Shown here: piece after piece, positions 1 through 9,674 of the stretch
How the letters are laid out: every line of letters starts with the position of its first letter
Numbering within the stretch: the first letter of the stretch is position 1
From: an uncultured Chloroflexia bacterium
GTDB lineage: Bacteria > Chloroflexota > Limnocylindria > Limnocylindrales > CSP1-4
Direction: 5' to 3'
Assembly (NCBI GenBank): GCA_963703155.1
Contig: OY969796.1
Coordinates: 3,175,652-3,239,651, forward strand
Length of the DNA stretch: 64,000 nucleotides
The notes under the pieces: generated by a model
Told to the model about the DNA's origin: nothing
The model's database searches: none
What the model saw: only the letters and a program-made list of their open reading frames with translations
Program-made: the position numbers and the translations under genes

Positions 1-812
1 TCGCGAGCGCCACCCTGGGCGTGATCCTCGAGGACCTCGACGGCGCATCGGAGGCCGCCGCGACGCTCGCCGCCCGCCACCGCGCAACGCCCATCGCGGG
101 GCGGACCCTGTTGCAGCAGGCGGTCCCGACCACGTTCGGGCTGAAGGCCGCGAACTGGATGCTCGGCCTCGACCGCGCGGCCGACCGGCTGCGGGAGATC
201 CGCCTGACCGGGCTCGCGGTCCAGCTGGGCGGCGCGGCGGGGACCCTCGCGGCCTACGGCGGCAACGGGCAGCGCGTCGCAGCGCTGATGGCGGCGCAGC
301 TCGGCCTGTCGGTGCCGGTTGGGCCGTGGCACACGGAGCGCACCCGGATCGGCGACCTGGCCGCGGCGCTGGGCGTGGCATCGGGGGCCGTCGCCAAGCC
401 AGCTCGGGACATCACGCTCCTGGCCCAGACGGAGGTGGCCGAGGTCGAGGAGGGCGTCGCCGGTCGCGGCGGCTCCTCGGCGATGCCGCACAAACACAAT
501 CCGGTGGCAGCGATCTCGGCCGTCGCCTGCGCGCAGCGCTCGGTGGGGCTCGTGACGAGCCTGCTCGGCTCGATGGCGCAGGAGCACGAGCGCGGCGCCG
601 GCGGCTGGCAGGCGGAGTGGCTGCCCCTGCGCCAGCTCCTGGTGACGTCGGGGTCCGCGGCCGGCTGGCTGCGCGACAGCCTGGAGCACCTCGTCGTCCG
701 GCCGGAGATGATGACGCGGAACCTCGGATCCGGGGGACCGCCCGATGTCGGGGCTGCCCCAGAGCTGGTGGACGAGGCGCTGCGGGCGCATCGCTCGAGG
801 CGGCACGCGTGA
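1..812 (+). CDS. pcaB: 3-carboxy-cis,cis-muconate cycloisomerase (fumarate-lyase family), 5' end outside window
   Basis: ORF open to window start; fumarate-lyase signature GSSAMPHKHNP; directly followed by pcaD and pcaC in same orientation. Confidence 0.75.
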   Translation, partial: ASATLGVILEDLDGASEAAATLAARHRATPIAGRTLLQQAVPTTFGLKAANWMLGLDRAADRLREIRLTGLAVQLGGAAGTLAAYGGNGQRVAALMAAQLGLSVPVGPWHTERTRIGDLAAALGVASGAVAKPARDITLLAQTEVAEVEEGVAGRGGSSAMPHKHNPVAAISAVACAQRSVGLVTSLLGSMAQEHERGAGGWQAEWLPLRQLLVTSGSAAGWLRDSLEHLVVRPEMMTRNLGSGGPPDVGAAPELVDEALRAHRSRRHA

Positions 813-1570
813 CCGACCCCGTCGCGCTCCACTATCGGATTGACGGGCCCGACACGGCACCCGTCGTGGTGCTCATCCACGCGATCGGGACGTCGCTGGA
901 CATGTGGGCGCCGCAGATCCCGGCCCTGTCGCGGGACTACCGGGTGGTGTCGGTTGACCTGCGGGGACACGGCGGGTCGGGAGCTCCTGCCGGGCCGTAC
1001 GCCATGGGTGAGCTTGCAGCGGACGTCCTCGCCCTCCTCGACGCGCTCCACGTGGAGCGGGCGTCGGTGTGCGGCCTGTCGCTGGGCGGCATGGTCGGCA
1101 TCACCATGGCTGCGACCGCCCCGGACCGGGTCGAGCGGCTCGTCGCCGCGTGCGTCGTCGCGTTCCCAGCCATGCCGTCCGCCTGGCGGGACCGGGCACA
1201 GCGCGTCCTGGCCGGCGGCACGGCGGCCGTGTCGGACCTCGTCGCCGACCGATGGGGGTACCGGGACCGCGCACCCGAGATCGGCGCGCAGGTGCGCGCC
1301 ATGCTCGCCGCCACGTCGCCCGCGGGCTACGCCGCGTGCTGCGAGGCGATCGCCGCCATGGACCTCCGCCCGCTGCTCCCCCTCGTTGCAGCGCCGACGC
1401 TGCTGCTCGCCGGCAGCGAGGATCCGGCGGCGCCAGAATCCGTCGCTCGCGAACTGTCGGCCGCGATGCCCGACGCCCGCGTCCTGGTCATCGATGGCGC
1501 GGCACACCTGCTCAACGTGGAGTCCCCCGCCGCCACCACGGCGGCCATCCTCGAGCACCTGGGGAGGTAG
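809..1570 (+). CDS. pcaD: 3-oxoadipate enol-lactonase (alpha/beta hydrolase)
   Basis: GTG start overlapping pcaB stop (GTGA); alpha/beta-hydrolase motifs HGGS and GLSLGG; position between pcaB and pcaC. Confidence 0.75.
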   Translation: MTDPVALHYRIDGPDTAPVVVLIHAIGTSLDMWAPQIPALSRDYRVVSVDLRGHGGSGAPAGPYAMGELAADVLALLDALHVERASVCGLSLGGMVGITMAATAPDRVERLVAACVVAFPAMPSAWRDRAQRVLAGGTAAVSDLVADRWGYRDRAPEIGAQVRAMLAATSPAGYAACCEAIAAMDLRPLLPLVAAPTLLLAGSEDPAAPESVARELSAAMPDARVLVIDGAAHLLNVESPAATTAAILEHLGR

Positions 1571-1573
1571 GCG

Positions 1574-1990
1574 GTGTCCAGATCCGAAGAGGAGCGCTAC
1601 GACGCCGGAATGCGCGTCCGGCGCGAGGTCCTGGGCGACGCCCACGTTGACCGGGCCGTCGCTCGGACCGACACGTTCACCGAGCCCTTCCAGTCGTTCA
1701 TCACCCGCACCGCATGGGGCGACATCTGGGATCGGCCCGGTCTCGACCGCCGCTCCCGGTCGATGATCACGCTGGCGGTGCTGACGGCCCTTCGCGCGGA
1801 GGGGGAGATCGCCATGCACGTGCGGGCCGCGATCGCCAACGGGCTGACCCGCGACGAGATCGCCGAGGTGCTGCTCCACGTCACGGTCTACGCGGGCGTG
1901 CCCGCCGGGAACGCCGCCTTCGCCGCCGCCCAGGCCGCGCTCGACGCGATCGACGTGCTGGACGAGCCGGAGCCGTCAGCCGAGCGGTAG
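1574..1990 (+). CDS. pcaC: 4-carboxymuconolactone decarboxylase (CMD/AhpD-like)
   Basis: 138-aa ORF with carboxymuconolactone decarboxylase-like sequence (AWGDIWDRPGLD...); operon context pcaB-pcaD-pcaC. Confidence 0.75.
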   Translation: MSRSEEERYDAGMRVRREVLGDAHVDRAVARTDTFTEPFQSFITRTAWGDIWDRPGLDRRSRSMITLAVLTALRAEGEIAMHVRAAIANGLTRDEIAEVLLHVTVYAGVPAGNAAFAAAQAALDAIDVLDEPEPSAER

Positions 1991-3154
1991 GCCGACGTAG
2001 TTCACCGCGAGCGCCTGCGCCGCGGGCACCGAGACCGTCAAGGTCTCGAGGCGCGCCAGCTGCAAGCGGTCCCGGAAGGGGTCGTCGCCCGGGTAGCGGT
2101 GGAGCATCGCGCTCATGGAGTTGGAGAAGTCCTGGGCCCGCCAGACTCGCCGCAGGCACGTGTCCGAGTAGGCGTCGAGCTGGCCGCGGGAGCCGGTCCG
2201 ATACCAGGCCGCGAGCGCGCGCGTGAGGACGAAGACGTCCGCGACCGCCAGGTTGAGGCCCTTGGCCCCGGTCGCCGGGACGATGTGCGCAGCGTCGCCT
2301 GCAAGGAACAGCCGCCCGAACTGCATCGGCTCCACGACAAAGCTGCGCATGAGCGCGATGCCCTTCTCGATCACCGGCCCCTCGTGGAGCTCCCATCCCT
2401 CGGCCGCAAGGCGGAGGTGGAGCTGCCCCCAGATCCGGTCGTCCGACCAGTCCTCGATCCGCTCGACGGGGTCCACCTGGATGTAGAGGCGGCTGATCGA
2501 CGGGGAGCGGAGGCTGTGGAGGGCGAACCCCAGGTCATGCCGGGCGTAGATGAGCTCCTCGGTTGAGGGCGCCACGGCTGCCAGGATCCCGAGCCATGCG
2601 TACGGGTACTCGTGGTGGTACTCGGTCAGGACGCCGTCCGGGACGTGGCCGCGGGCCACGCCGTGGAACCCGTCACAGCCCGCGACGAAGTCGCACTCGA
2701 TGACGTCCTCCTGGCCGTCGCGCCGGTAGGCGATGGACGGGCGATCGCCGTCGATCCCGTCGATCCGGACCTCGTCGACCTCGAACCGGATGTCGCCACC
2801 CGCGGCGAGGCGGGCGGCGAGGAGGTCCTTGACCACCTCCTGCTGGCCGTAGATGGTGATCGTGCGGCCGCCCGCCAGGTCGGCCAGCGGCACCCGGAAC
2901 CTCTGCCCGCCGAACCTGATCTCAATTCCCCGGTGCACCAGTCCGGTGCGGTCCATGCGCTCGGCGAGGCCGGTCTCCCGCATGAGGTCAACCGTGCCCT
3001 GCTCCAGCACGCCGGCGCGGACCCGCTGCTCGACGTACTCCCGGGTTCGGCTCTCGATGACGATCGACTCGATCCCGGCCAGGTGGAGCAGGTGCGAGAG
3101 GAACAGGCCGGCGGGGCCAGCCCCGATGATCCCGACCTGCGTTCGCGAGCGCAT
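1976..3154 (-). CDS. pobA: 4-hydroxybenzoate 3-monooxygenase (FAD-dependent)
   Basis: 392 aa; N-terminal FAD fold VGIIGAGPAGL; length and overall sequence typical of PobA; adjacent to pca genes. Confidence 0.85.
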   Translation of the reverse strand: MRSRTQVGIIGAGPAGLFLSHLLHLAGIESIVIESRTREYVEQRVRAGVLEQGTVDLMRETGLAERMDRTGLVHRGIEIRFGGQRFRVPLADLAGGRTITIYGQQEVVKDLLAARLAAGGDIRFEVDEVRIDGIDGDRPSIAYRRDGQEDVIECDFVAGCDGFHGVARGHVPDGVLTEYHHEYPYAWLGILAAVAPSTEELIYARHDLGFALHSLRSPSISRLYIQVDPVERIEDWSDDRIWGQLHLRLAAEGWELHEGPVIEKGIALMRSFVVEPMQFGRLFLAGDAAHIVPATGAKGLNLAVADVFVLTRALAAWYRTGSRGQLDAYSDTCLRRVWRAQDFSNSMSAMLHRYPGDDPFRDRLQLARLETLTVSVPAAQALAVNYVGLPLG

Positions 3155-3160
3155 CGAGGC

Positions 3161-3895
3161 TCAGTCGTCGTCGGGCCCGGATTCGAACGGCGTCGCAGCG
3201 CGCCCGCGCAGGACGATGTCGAACCGGTACGCCAACGCCCAGTCGGGCACGGTGGTCGCGAGGTCCAGCCGGGCGATCAGCCGCTGTCGGGCAGCGGCGT
3301 CCGGCACGGAGTTGAGGATCGGGTCGAACGGGATCAGCGGATCGCCCGGGAAGTACATCTGCGTCACGAGCCGCTGCTCGAATGCCTGGCCGAAGAGCGA
3401 GAAGTGGATGTGCGCCGGGCGCCAGGCGTTGGGGTGGTTCCGCCACGGATAGGCGCCCGGCTTGATCGACACGAAGCGGAAGGAGCCGTCGTCGGCCGTG
3501 AGGCACCTGCCGAGGCCAGTGAAGTTCGGATCGAGGGGGGCCGGGTGATCGTCCAGCTCGTGGGCATAGCGGCCCGCGGCGTTGGCCTGCCAGGCCTCGA
3601 TCAGCGTCTGGCGCACGGGGCGGCCGTCGGAGTCGACGACGCGACCCAGGACGATGATCCGCTCGCCGTGCGGGTCGCCGTCGTGCTGGCGCGTCATGTC
3701 CGCATCCGAGGGTCGAACGCGGCTCGCGCCGAACACCGGCCCAGTGAGCTCGGTCATGCCCCGCGGGATGATCCCGAACGTCCGCGTGGGCGCGCGCAGG
3801 CGTGACCCGACGTAGTCCGGGTAGAGCAGTGGCGGGTCGACAGCCAGCGTTCGGAGGGGGAGGATCCTGGCGGCAGGATCGTCTGGGTTGCCCAA
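3161..3895 (-). CDS. pcaH: protocatechuate 3,4-dioxygenase beta-subunit-like intradiol dioxygenase (no adjacent alpha subunit)
   Basis: 244 aa; conserved Tyr/His iron-ligand region (GRYAHE, AYPW, PAHIHFSLF); 7 bp upstream of pobA. Confidence 0.7.
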   Translation of the reverse strand: MGNPDDPAARILPLRTLAVDPPLLYPDYVGSRLRAPTRTFGIIPRGMTELTGPVFGASRVRPSDADMTRQHDGDPHGERIIVLGRVVDSDGRPVRQTLIEAWQANAAGRYAHELDDHPAPLDPNFTGLGRCLTADDGSFRFVSIKPGAYPWRNHPNAWRPAHIHFSLFGQAFEQRLVTQMYFPGDPLIPFDPILNSVPDAAARQRLIARLDLATTVPDWALAYRFDIVLRGRAATPFESGPDDD

Positions 3896-4023
3896 GTGGC
3901 TGGGTACTCCGTCGAGGCAGGGGGGACGACACCTCGGTGCGCGGCAGGCCGCGGGCAGACGCTAACCGCACGTCGCGATGGTGGCAAGCCGAGAGTCCAC
4001 TGGTTGGACGGCCGCGGGCCTGC

Positions 4024-4806
4024 CTAACGGCTCGCCTCGGCCGAGGCCCAGAGGATCCCGACACGGCGGGTGAGCCCGCTCGCGACAGCCCGCACCGCCG
4101 GAGCCAGGGCAGCCGGATTGGCGCCCCTGCTCGCCACGACAAGGGACACGGCGCCGACCACGCCCCCGTCCGGCCCGAAGATCGCAGCGCCGACGGATGC
4201 CGCTCCGATGGTCATCTCGTCGTCGGTGATCGAGTAGCCGCGCTGGCGGACGAGGGCGAGATCACGACGCAGCACGTCACCATCGACAATCGTGAATGGG
4301 GTCATCGGCGCCAGGCCGCGCGCGATCACCTCATCGAGCACGGCCGGGGGCTCGTAGGCCAGGAGCGCCTTCCCGACGCCGGTCGCGTGGAGCGGCAGGC
4401 GGCCTCCAGGCCTCGACGCGATCGCGACGGACTTAGGCCCGCGGATGCGCTCGACGAACAGGGCGTCATAGCCATCGCGCACCGCAAGCTGCACGTTCTC
4501 GTGCGTGGTCTCGTAGAGGTCCTGCATGTAGGGGAGGGCGATCTCGCGAAGCGTCACTCGGCTGGCCGCCAACGTGCCGAGCTCCCAGAGCCAGGCCCCC
4601 AGGCGATAGGTCCCGTGGTCGTCGAGCTCGAGCGCGCCCACACTCCTCAACTCGGTCGCGATGCGCAGGACCGTGGTCATCGGAAGGCCGGTTCGCCGCG
4701 CGATCTGCGGCCGGGTGAGGCCCGTCTCTGCGGTCCTGAGGGCGCCCAAGATCGCGAATCCCTTGCTGAGCACGGAACGTCCGGGTTCTCGGTTCTGGCC
4801 GCTCAT
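4024..4806 (-). CDS. IclR-family transcriptional regulator (PcaR/PobR-like)
   Basis: 260 aa; N-terminal winged HTH and C-terminal IclR effector domain pattern; heads the pcaH-pobA strand. Confidence 0.8.
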   Translation of the reverse strand: MSGQNREPGRSVLSKGFAILGALRTAETGLTRPQIARRTGLPMTTVLRIATELRSVGALELDDHGTYRLGAWLWELGTLAASRVTLREIALPYMQDLYETTHENVQLAVRDGYDALFVERIRGPKSVAIASRPGGRLPLHATGVGKALLAYEPPAVLDEVIARGLAPMTPFTIVDGDVLRRDLALVRQRGYSITDDEMTIGAASVGAAIFGPDGGVVGAVSLVVASRGANPAALAPAVRAVASGLTRRVGILWASAEASR

Positions 4807-5018
4807 CGGACTGCGATCTTCATCATCGGGGGGCGGGACTTCCGCGGCAGATCCGGAAGCCGCGACAGCGCAACTGTAGACCGCGTCTCCGGCTCGTGCG
4901 GCGCGGGGCAGGTTCGCGCTTGCCGGACGTGGCCTCGCTGACCCGGGCCAACCACGCAGCGGGTCGGGGGATCAGGCTGACCCCGCCTCGGTCAACCCGG
5001 CCCAACCGAGCCTGTACG

Positions 5019-5702
5019 ATGGCGACCACACACAACGTCCCCGGCGCGCCCGCCGATGCGAGGCGAGGCCGCGAGCGAGATCTCCGGCCGTGCGCCCCGC
5101 TCACGGCCGCCGGCGCCCAGCCCAACGACGACGCGAGCGCGGAAGGCATGATCGACTTCCTCGGCTACGACATCTCGGACCACGTCGTGCACGCCCGCAT
5201 CGAGTTCGAGGGTGACCGGCTGGGCGACCTCCTGGCCACCTCCTCGTCGGTCGTCGGCGTCGACATCCGCTCCCGCTCGCTGGCGACCTCCCAGGTGGGC
5301 CGGCCGGCCGGCGGCGTGATCAGCCTCGCCGACATGGCGATTGTCGTGGCGACCGGGCCGCGCGGCTCGGACGTCAGGCGCATCCGGACCGTCATGGAGC
5401 CGGTGACCATCTATGCCGGCCCGTACATCGTGCACGGCTATCTCCATGCGCCGGAGTACGAGAGCGGCTTCGTCTACGAGAGCCCGCTCACCTTCTCGGA
5501 GCGCCGGGCCTGGCTTCCCGTGACCGAGGCGGTCTTCGAGTACTCCTTCCGGTGGCAGGCCGTCCGCGAGCGCCACGACGCGCTGCTGGTGAACCGCCTC
5601 CACGCCAAGGCCGTGGTCCTCAGCGACGAGCGTTCGCACGAGACGCGCTGGCTCGCGAGCGGCACGCCCATCGACTGGACGAACACGCGGGACCGGCTCT
5701 AG
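5019..5702 (+). CDS. hypothetical protein
   Basis: ORF 4896..5702; first in-frame ATG at 5019; no recognisable motif; divergent from IclR. Confidence 0.4.
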   Translation: MATTHNVPGAPADARRGRERDLRPCAPLTAAGAQPNDDASAEGMIDFLGYDISDHVVHARIEFEGDRLGDLLATSSSVVGVDIRSRSLATSQVGRPAGGVISLADMAIVVATGPRGSDVRRIRTVMEPVTIYAGPYIVHGYLHAPEYESGFVYESPLTFSERRAWLPVTEAVFEYSFRWQAVRERHDALLVNRLHAKAVVLSDERSHETRWLASGTPIDWTNTRDRL

Positions 5703-5783
5703 CAGGGACGTCGGCCGGCGGTCAGGGCGTCGGCCGCCTGGCTGGGTCGGGCCGGGCCGCGGAACGCCGGCGATGCCGCGGCC

Positions 5784-8726
5784 CTACCGCTCGCCTGGGC
5801 CCAAGCGTTCCGCGAGGATCTCCGCGAGATGCTGGGCGCGGCGCCCGTCGAGGAAGGCCACCTGCGTCCGGCACGAAAAGCCGTCGGCGAGGATTGCGGT
5901 CTCGTCGGCGGCCGCCCTCAGCGCCGGGAGGAGGCCCAACTCCGCCACGGCGCGGGTGATGGCCTCGTGCCCCGCCTCGGCGCCGAAATTGCCGGCCATG
6001 CCGCAGCAGCCGGTGAGCACGGTGTCGGCCTCGATGCCCGCGGCCGCCATGAGCCGCCGGTCGGCCGCGTCGCCCAGGACAGCCTGCTGATGGCAGTGCG
6101 GCTGAACGACGGCGTGCACCGGCTCGCCGACCGGTGGCTGCCAGCCGACGCGGTCGAGGAGCTCCGCAAGGGTGGTGACGCGGCTCGCGAAGGCCCGGGC
6201 GCGCGGATCGTGCGGAAGCAGGCCAACGAGGTCGCGGCGGAGCATCGTGGCGCACGAGGGCTCCAGCACCACCACCGGCTCCTCGCCGTCGAGCCCGCGG
6301 GCAGACAGCGTCCGGGCCAGCACCCGCCGAGCGCCGTCGAGCTGGCCGGTGGTGTGCCACGTGAGCCCGCAGCAGACGTCGTCCTGCGGGACTGCAACGT
6401 CGAACCCGGCAGCCTCGAGGACCCGGACGGCCGCATCGCCGACGCCGGGCGCGAGGTGGTTGGTGAACGTGTCCGGCCACAGGACGACGCGGGGGCGCGG
6501 GACGGGCGAAACGGCGCCCGACGTCGAAGCGCTCGCGACTCGCGCGACATATCCCTGCACGAACGTCCTCTGCGCCAGCTCGGGGATCCGCCGCTCCCCC
6601 GCCAGCCCGCCAACGAGCGCGCCCAGCCGGCGCGTCGGCGCGAACCCGGTGATGGCGTTGACGAATCGCGGCCCGGCGGGGAGCCGTCGCGCGAGGCGCA
6701 GCCACATCGGCAGCCGCCCTAGCAGGTAGTGGGCGCGCGGCCGCCGCCGGCCCCGGTAGTGGTGGTGGAGGAACTCCGCCTTGAGCGTCGCCATGTCCAC
6801 GCCCGTGGGACAGTCCGAGAGGCACGCGCGGCACGAAAGGCACAGGTCGAGCGCGCCGAGCACCTCGCGGCTCTGCCAGCCGGTGTCGGCCAGCGAGCCC
6901 GCGGCCATCTCCTGGAGGAGCCTGGCGCGGCCCCGGGTGGACTCGCGCTCCTCGCCTGTCGCGCGGTAGCTGGGGCACATCGGCGCGCTGCCCAGGTCCG
7001 ACACGCACTTCCCCACGCCGATGCACCGCTCCATGGCGCTCCGCGGGTCGCCGTCGTCGGCCTCGAACGACTGGCCGGGATCGAGCTCGATGAGCGTGGG
7101 ACGGGGCCGACGCAGGTCCGCGTCAAGCGGGACGGGGTCCACGATGATCCCGGGGTTGAGGGCGCCGGCCGGGTCCCAGGCGGTCTTCCAGTCGCGGAAC
7201 GCCGCCACGAGCGCCGGGCTGTACTGGCGCTCGAGCAGCGCGCCGCGCGCCCGCCCGTCGCCGTGCTCGCCCGAGAGCGTGCCGCCGTGGGCCACCACGA
7301 GATCGGCAGCCGCCCGCAGGAACGTCGTGAGCCGCTGCGTTCCGCCCGGCCGGTCCAGCCCGAAGCCAACGCGCAGGTGGATGCAGCCCTCGCCGAAGTG
7401 CCCGTACGTGATGCCGCGCAGGCCGTGGTCGGTGAGCAGCGCCTTGAGCTCGCCCAGGTACGCCGCCAGCCGATCGGGCGGGACCGCGGCGTCCTCGAAG
7501 CCGGGCCAGGCCGGCGTCCCGTCGGGCAGGCGCGCGGAGCGGCCGGCGCCATCCTCGCGCACGCGCCAGAGCGCCCGCTGCGCGCCGGGGTCCTCGAGCA
7601 GGGCGGCATCGCTTCGCCCCGGCGCCGTCCCGACCGTCGCTGCCAGGCGCGCCGCCTGGTCGCGCATCTGGGCCCCGTCCTCACCGCCGCTCTCGACCAG
7701 GAGCCAGGCCCCGCCGGCGGGGAGGCCGAGGCGTGGCGCAAGCGCGGCCGCGTCCGCGCCCAGGACCTCCGGCGTCAGGCTCTCGACGGTGAAGGGCCGC
7801 TCCACGAGCAATGCGGGCACCGCAGCCGCGGCCGCGACGTCGTCGGCGAAGGCCAGCACGAGCAACCCCTTGGACACCGGCATCCGCACGAGCCGCAGCG
7901 TCACGGCCGAGACGACGGCGCACGTGCCCTCCGTGCCCACGAGCGCTCGCGCCACGTCCGCGCCCCGCTCCGGCAGCAGCCAGTCCAGGGCGTAGCCGCT
8001 CACGCGTCGAGGCCACGGCGGCAGTTCGCGGCGGATCAGCTCCCCGTGACGCGCATAGAGGTCGCGGATGCGGGCTTCGATCGCCGGACCGGGCCCCTCA
8101 GTCGCACCCGGCGCCGTCGGCCCCAGCGCGCCAAGGCGTCGTCGAGCGCCATCGGCCGTCACCACCTCGAGCCCGAGCACGTTCTCTGCGGTCGTCCCCC
8201 AGCGGACCGAGTGCGAGCCGCACGCGTTGTTGCCCACCATGCCGCCCACCGTGGCGCGGTCGTGCGTGGACGGGTCGGGGCCGACGCGCAGGCCGTCCGG
8301 GGCGGCGGCCGCGTTGACCACGTCGAGCACCGTGCCCGGCAGGACGGTCGCGGTCATCGCCGCCGGGTCCAGCTCCAGGATCCCCCCCAGGTGCCGCCGG
8401 ACGTCCACCACCAGCCCAGTTCCGATCGCGTTGCCCGCGATGCTCGTCCCCGCACCCCGCATCGTCAGCGGCACGCTCGCCTCGGCCGCCAGCGACACGG
8501 TCGTCGCCAACTCGTCCACCGTCGCCGGCGCCGCCACCAGCGAAGGCAGCACCCGGTAGTTAGACGCGTCCGAGCTGTACAGGGCGCGCACCTCGCGGTC
8601 GTCCCGCACCTCACCGCGGATCGCGCGACGGAGGCGTGCCGCGAAAGTGGCAAGGTCAGCCGCGTCGGTGACGCGTCCCGGCTTCGTGGCGGTGATCGGC
8701 GGATCCTCCTGCAGCTCGGGGGACAA
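5784..8726 (-). CDS. FAD-binding and (Fe-S)-binding oxidoreductase, YdiJ/GlcD-GlpC fusion-like (FAD_binding_4 + FAD-oxidase_C + 4Fe-4S + two CCG domains)
   Basis: Open frame to 8897; PCMH-type FAD domain, two 4Fe-4S Cys clusters (CIGVGKC...CPSY, CLSCRACLSDCP) and two CCG motifs (CCGLTWH, CCGMAGNFG); start placed at TTG 8726 upstream of the conserved FAD-oxidase N-terminus; start uncertain. Confidence 0.65.
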   Translation of the reverse strand: MSPELQEDPPITATKPGRVTDAADLATFAARLRRAIRGEVRDDREVRALYSSDASNYRVLPSLVAAPATVDELATTVSLAAEASVPLTMRGAGTSIAGNAIGTGLVVDVRRHLGGILELDPAAMTATVLPGTVLDVVNAAAAPDGLRVGPDPSTHDRATVGGMVGNNACGSHSVRWGTTAENVLGLEVVTADGARRRLGALGPTAPGATEGPGPAIEARIRDLYARHGELIRRELPPWPRRVSGYALDWLLPERGADVARALVGTEGTCAVVSAVTLRLVRMPVSKGLLVLAFADDVAAAAAVPALLVERPFTVESLTPEVLGADAAALAPRLGLPAGGAWLLVESGGEDGAQMRDQAARLAATVGTAPGRSDAALLEDPGAQRALWRVREDGAGRSARLPDGTPAWPGFEDAAVPPDRLAAYLGELKALLTDHGLRGITYGHFGEGCIHLRVGFGLDRPGGTQRLTTFLRAAADLVVAHGGTLSGEHGDGRARGALLERQYSPALVAAFRDWKTAWDPAGALNPGIIVDPVPLDADLRRPRPTLIELDPGQSFEADDGDPRSAMERCIGVGKCVSDLGSAPMCPSYRATGEERESTRGRARLLQEMAAGSLADTGWQSREVLGALDLCLSCRACLSDCPTGVDMATLKAEFLHHHYRGRRRPRAHYLLGRLPMWLRLARRLPAGPRFVNAITGFAPTRRLGALVGGLAGERRIPELAQRTFVQGYVARVASASTSGAVSPVPRPRVVLWPDTFTNHLAPGVGDAAVRVLEAAGFDVAVPQDDVCCGLTWHTTGQLDGARRVLARTLSARGLDGEEPVVVLEPSCATMLRRDLVGLLPHDPRARAFASRVTTLAELLDRVGWQPPVGEPVHAVVQPHCHQQAVLGDAADRRLMAAAGIEADTVLTGCCGMAGNFGAEAGHEAITRAVAELGLLPALRAAADETAILADGFSCRTQVAFLDGRRAQHLAEILAERLGPGER

Positions 8727-8905
8727 GCGTACCGAGTCCGTGCCGGTCGCTAGGGCGCAGTCTGCGTCGGGGTCATGGGGGCGGGGATATCCTCGGGACC
8801 ACCCTCCCGCAACGGCGTCCCGTGCCCGGGGCCATTTGACCGCTGGAGCGATTCCTCTGACGATCCGACCAGCGCGAACGGCGCCTCGCAGCCACAAGGG
8901 GACTC

Positions 8906-9514
8906 ATGACGGCGCCGGATGACGAACTGCACGCGTCGGAGCGCGGCTCGGCCGCCCGCGGCTGCGTGCTCGAGCTGGTCGAGACGCTCGTCCTCACCCT
9001 CGTCATCTTCCTGGTCATCCAGAACTTCGTCGCCCAGCCGTTCCGGGTCCAGATGTCCTCGATGGAGCACACCTTCGAGCCCGACCAATACGTCCTGATC
9101 GACCGGATCTCGCACCTCTGGAGCCCGTACCAGCGCGGGCAGGTCATCGTGTTCCGGCCGCCGGAGAGCGCCAGCGAGCAGGGCGACCCGTTCATCAAGC
9201 GCGTCATCGGCGTGGCCGGCGACACCGTCGACATCCGGGGCGGGCAGGTGTACGTGAACGGCAAGGCCCTCGACGAGCCCTATCTCTTCCGCAACGACGC
9301 AGGCGAGGTCGAGCCCACCGAGGCCAACGGCGGCCAGTCGCACTGGGTGGTGCCCGACGGCCAGCTCTTCGTGATGGGCGACCACCGGCAGGTGTCGGTC
9401 GACAGCCGGGTGTTCGGCTTCGTCGCCGTCTCGTCGGTCATCGGCCGCGCCGTCCTCCGCTACTGGCCGCTGCCGACCTTCGAGGTGGTGCAGACGCCCA
9501 CGTACGGTCCGTAG
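8906..9514 (+). CDS. lepB: signal peptidase I
   Basis: N-terminal TM, Ser box (QMSSMEHT), Lys box (IKRVIGVAGD), GDHRQVSVDSR box; RBS AAGGGG before ATG. Confidence 0.8.
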   Translation: MTAPDDELHASERGSAARGCVLELVETLVLTLVIFLVIQNFVAQPFRVQMSSMEHTFEPDQYVLIDRISHLWSPYQRGQVIVFRPPESASEQGDPFIKRVIGVAGDTVDIRGGQVYVNGKALDEPYLFRNDAGEVEPTEANGGQSHWVVPDGQLFVMGDHRQVSVDSRVFGFVAVSSVIGRAVLRYWPLPTFEVVQTPTYGP

Positions 9515-9612
9515 CGCCTCCCCCTGCTGCGTTCTCCGTCTCGCGGCGCCGCCTCCGGGAGTCCCGCCCATACGGCCGCACGACCATCGGCATGGCACGC
9601 ACGCCTTGCCCC

Positions 9613-9653
9613 TTGACGCCGCGCCCCCCCGGTGAGATAGTTGCTCGTGCAAC
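9613..9653 (+). promoter_or_regulatory. putative promoter region upstream of pirin gene (-35 TTGACG) with CCCGGTGAGATAG motif copy and GTTGCtcgtGCAAC hairpin
   Basis: TTGACG at 9613..9618; motif-family copy and short palindrome between it and the ATG at 9675. Confidence 0.3.
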
Positions 9654-9674
9654 AACTCTCAGGAGCGTCCCGAC

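Noticed and set aside
254-1879. 541-aa ORF on minus strand overlapping pcaB/pcaD/pcaC
   Set aside because: Antisense to three genes with clear family signatures; Arg/Gly/Pro-rich composition typical of spurious open frames in 72%-GC DNA.
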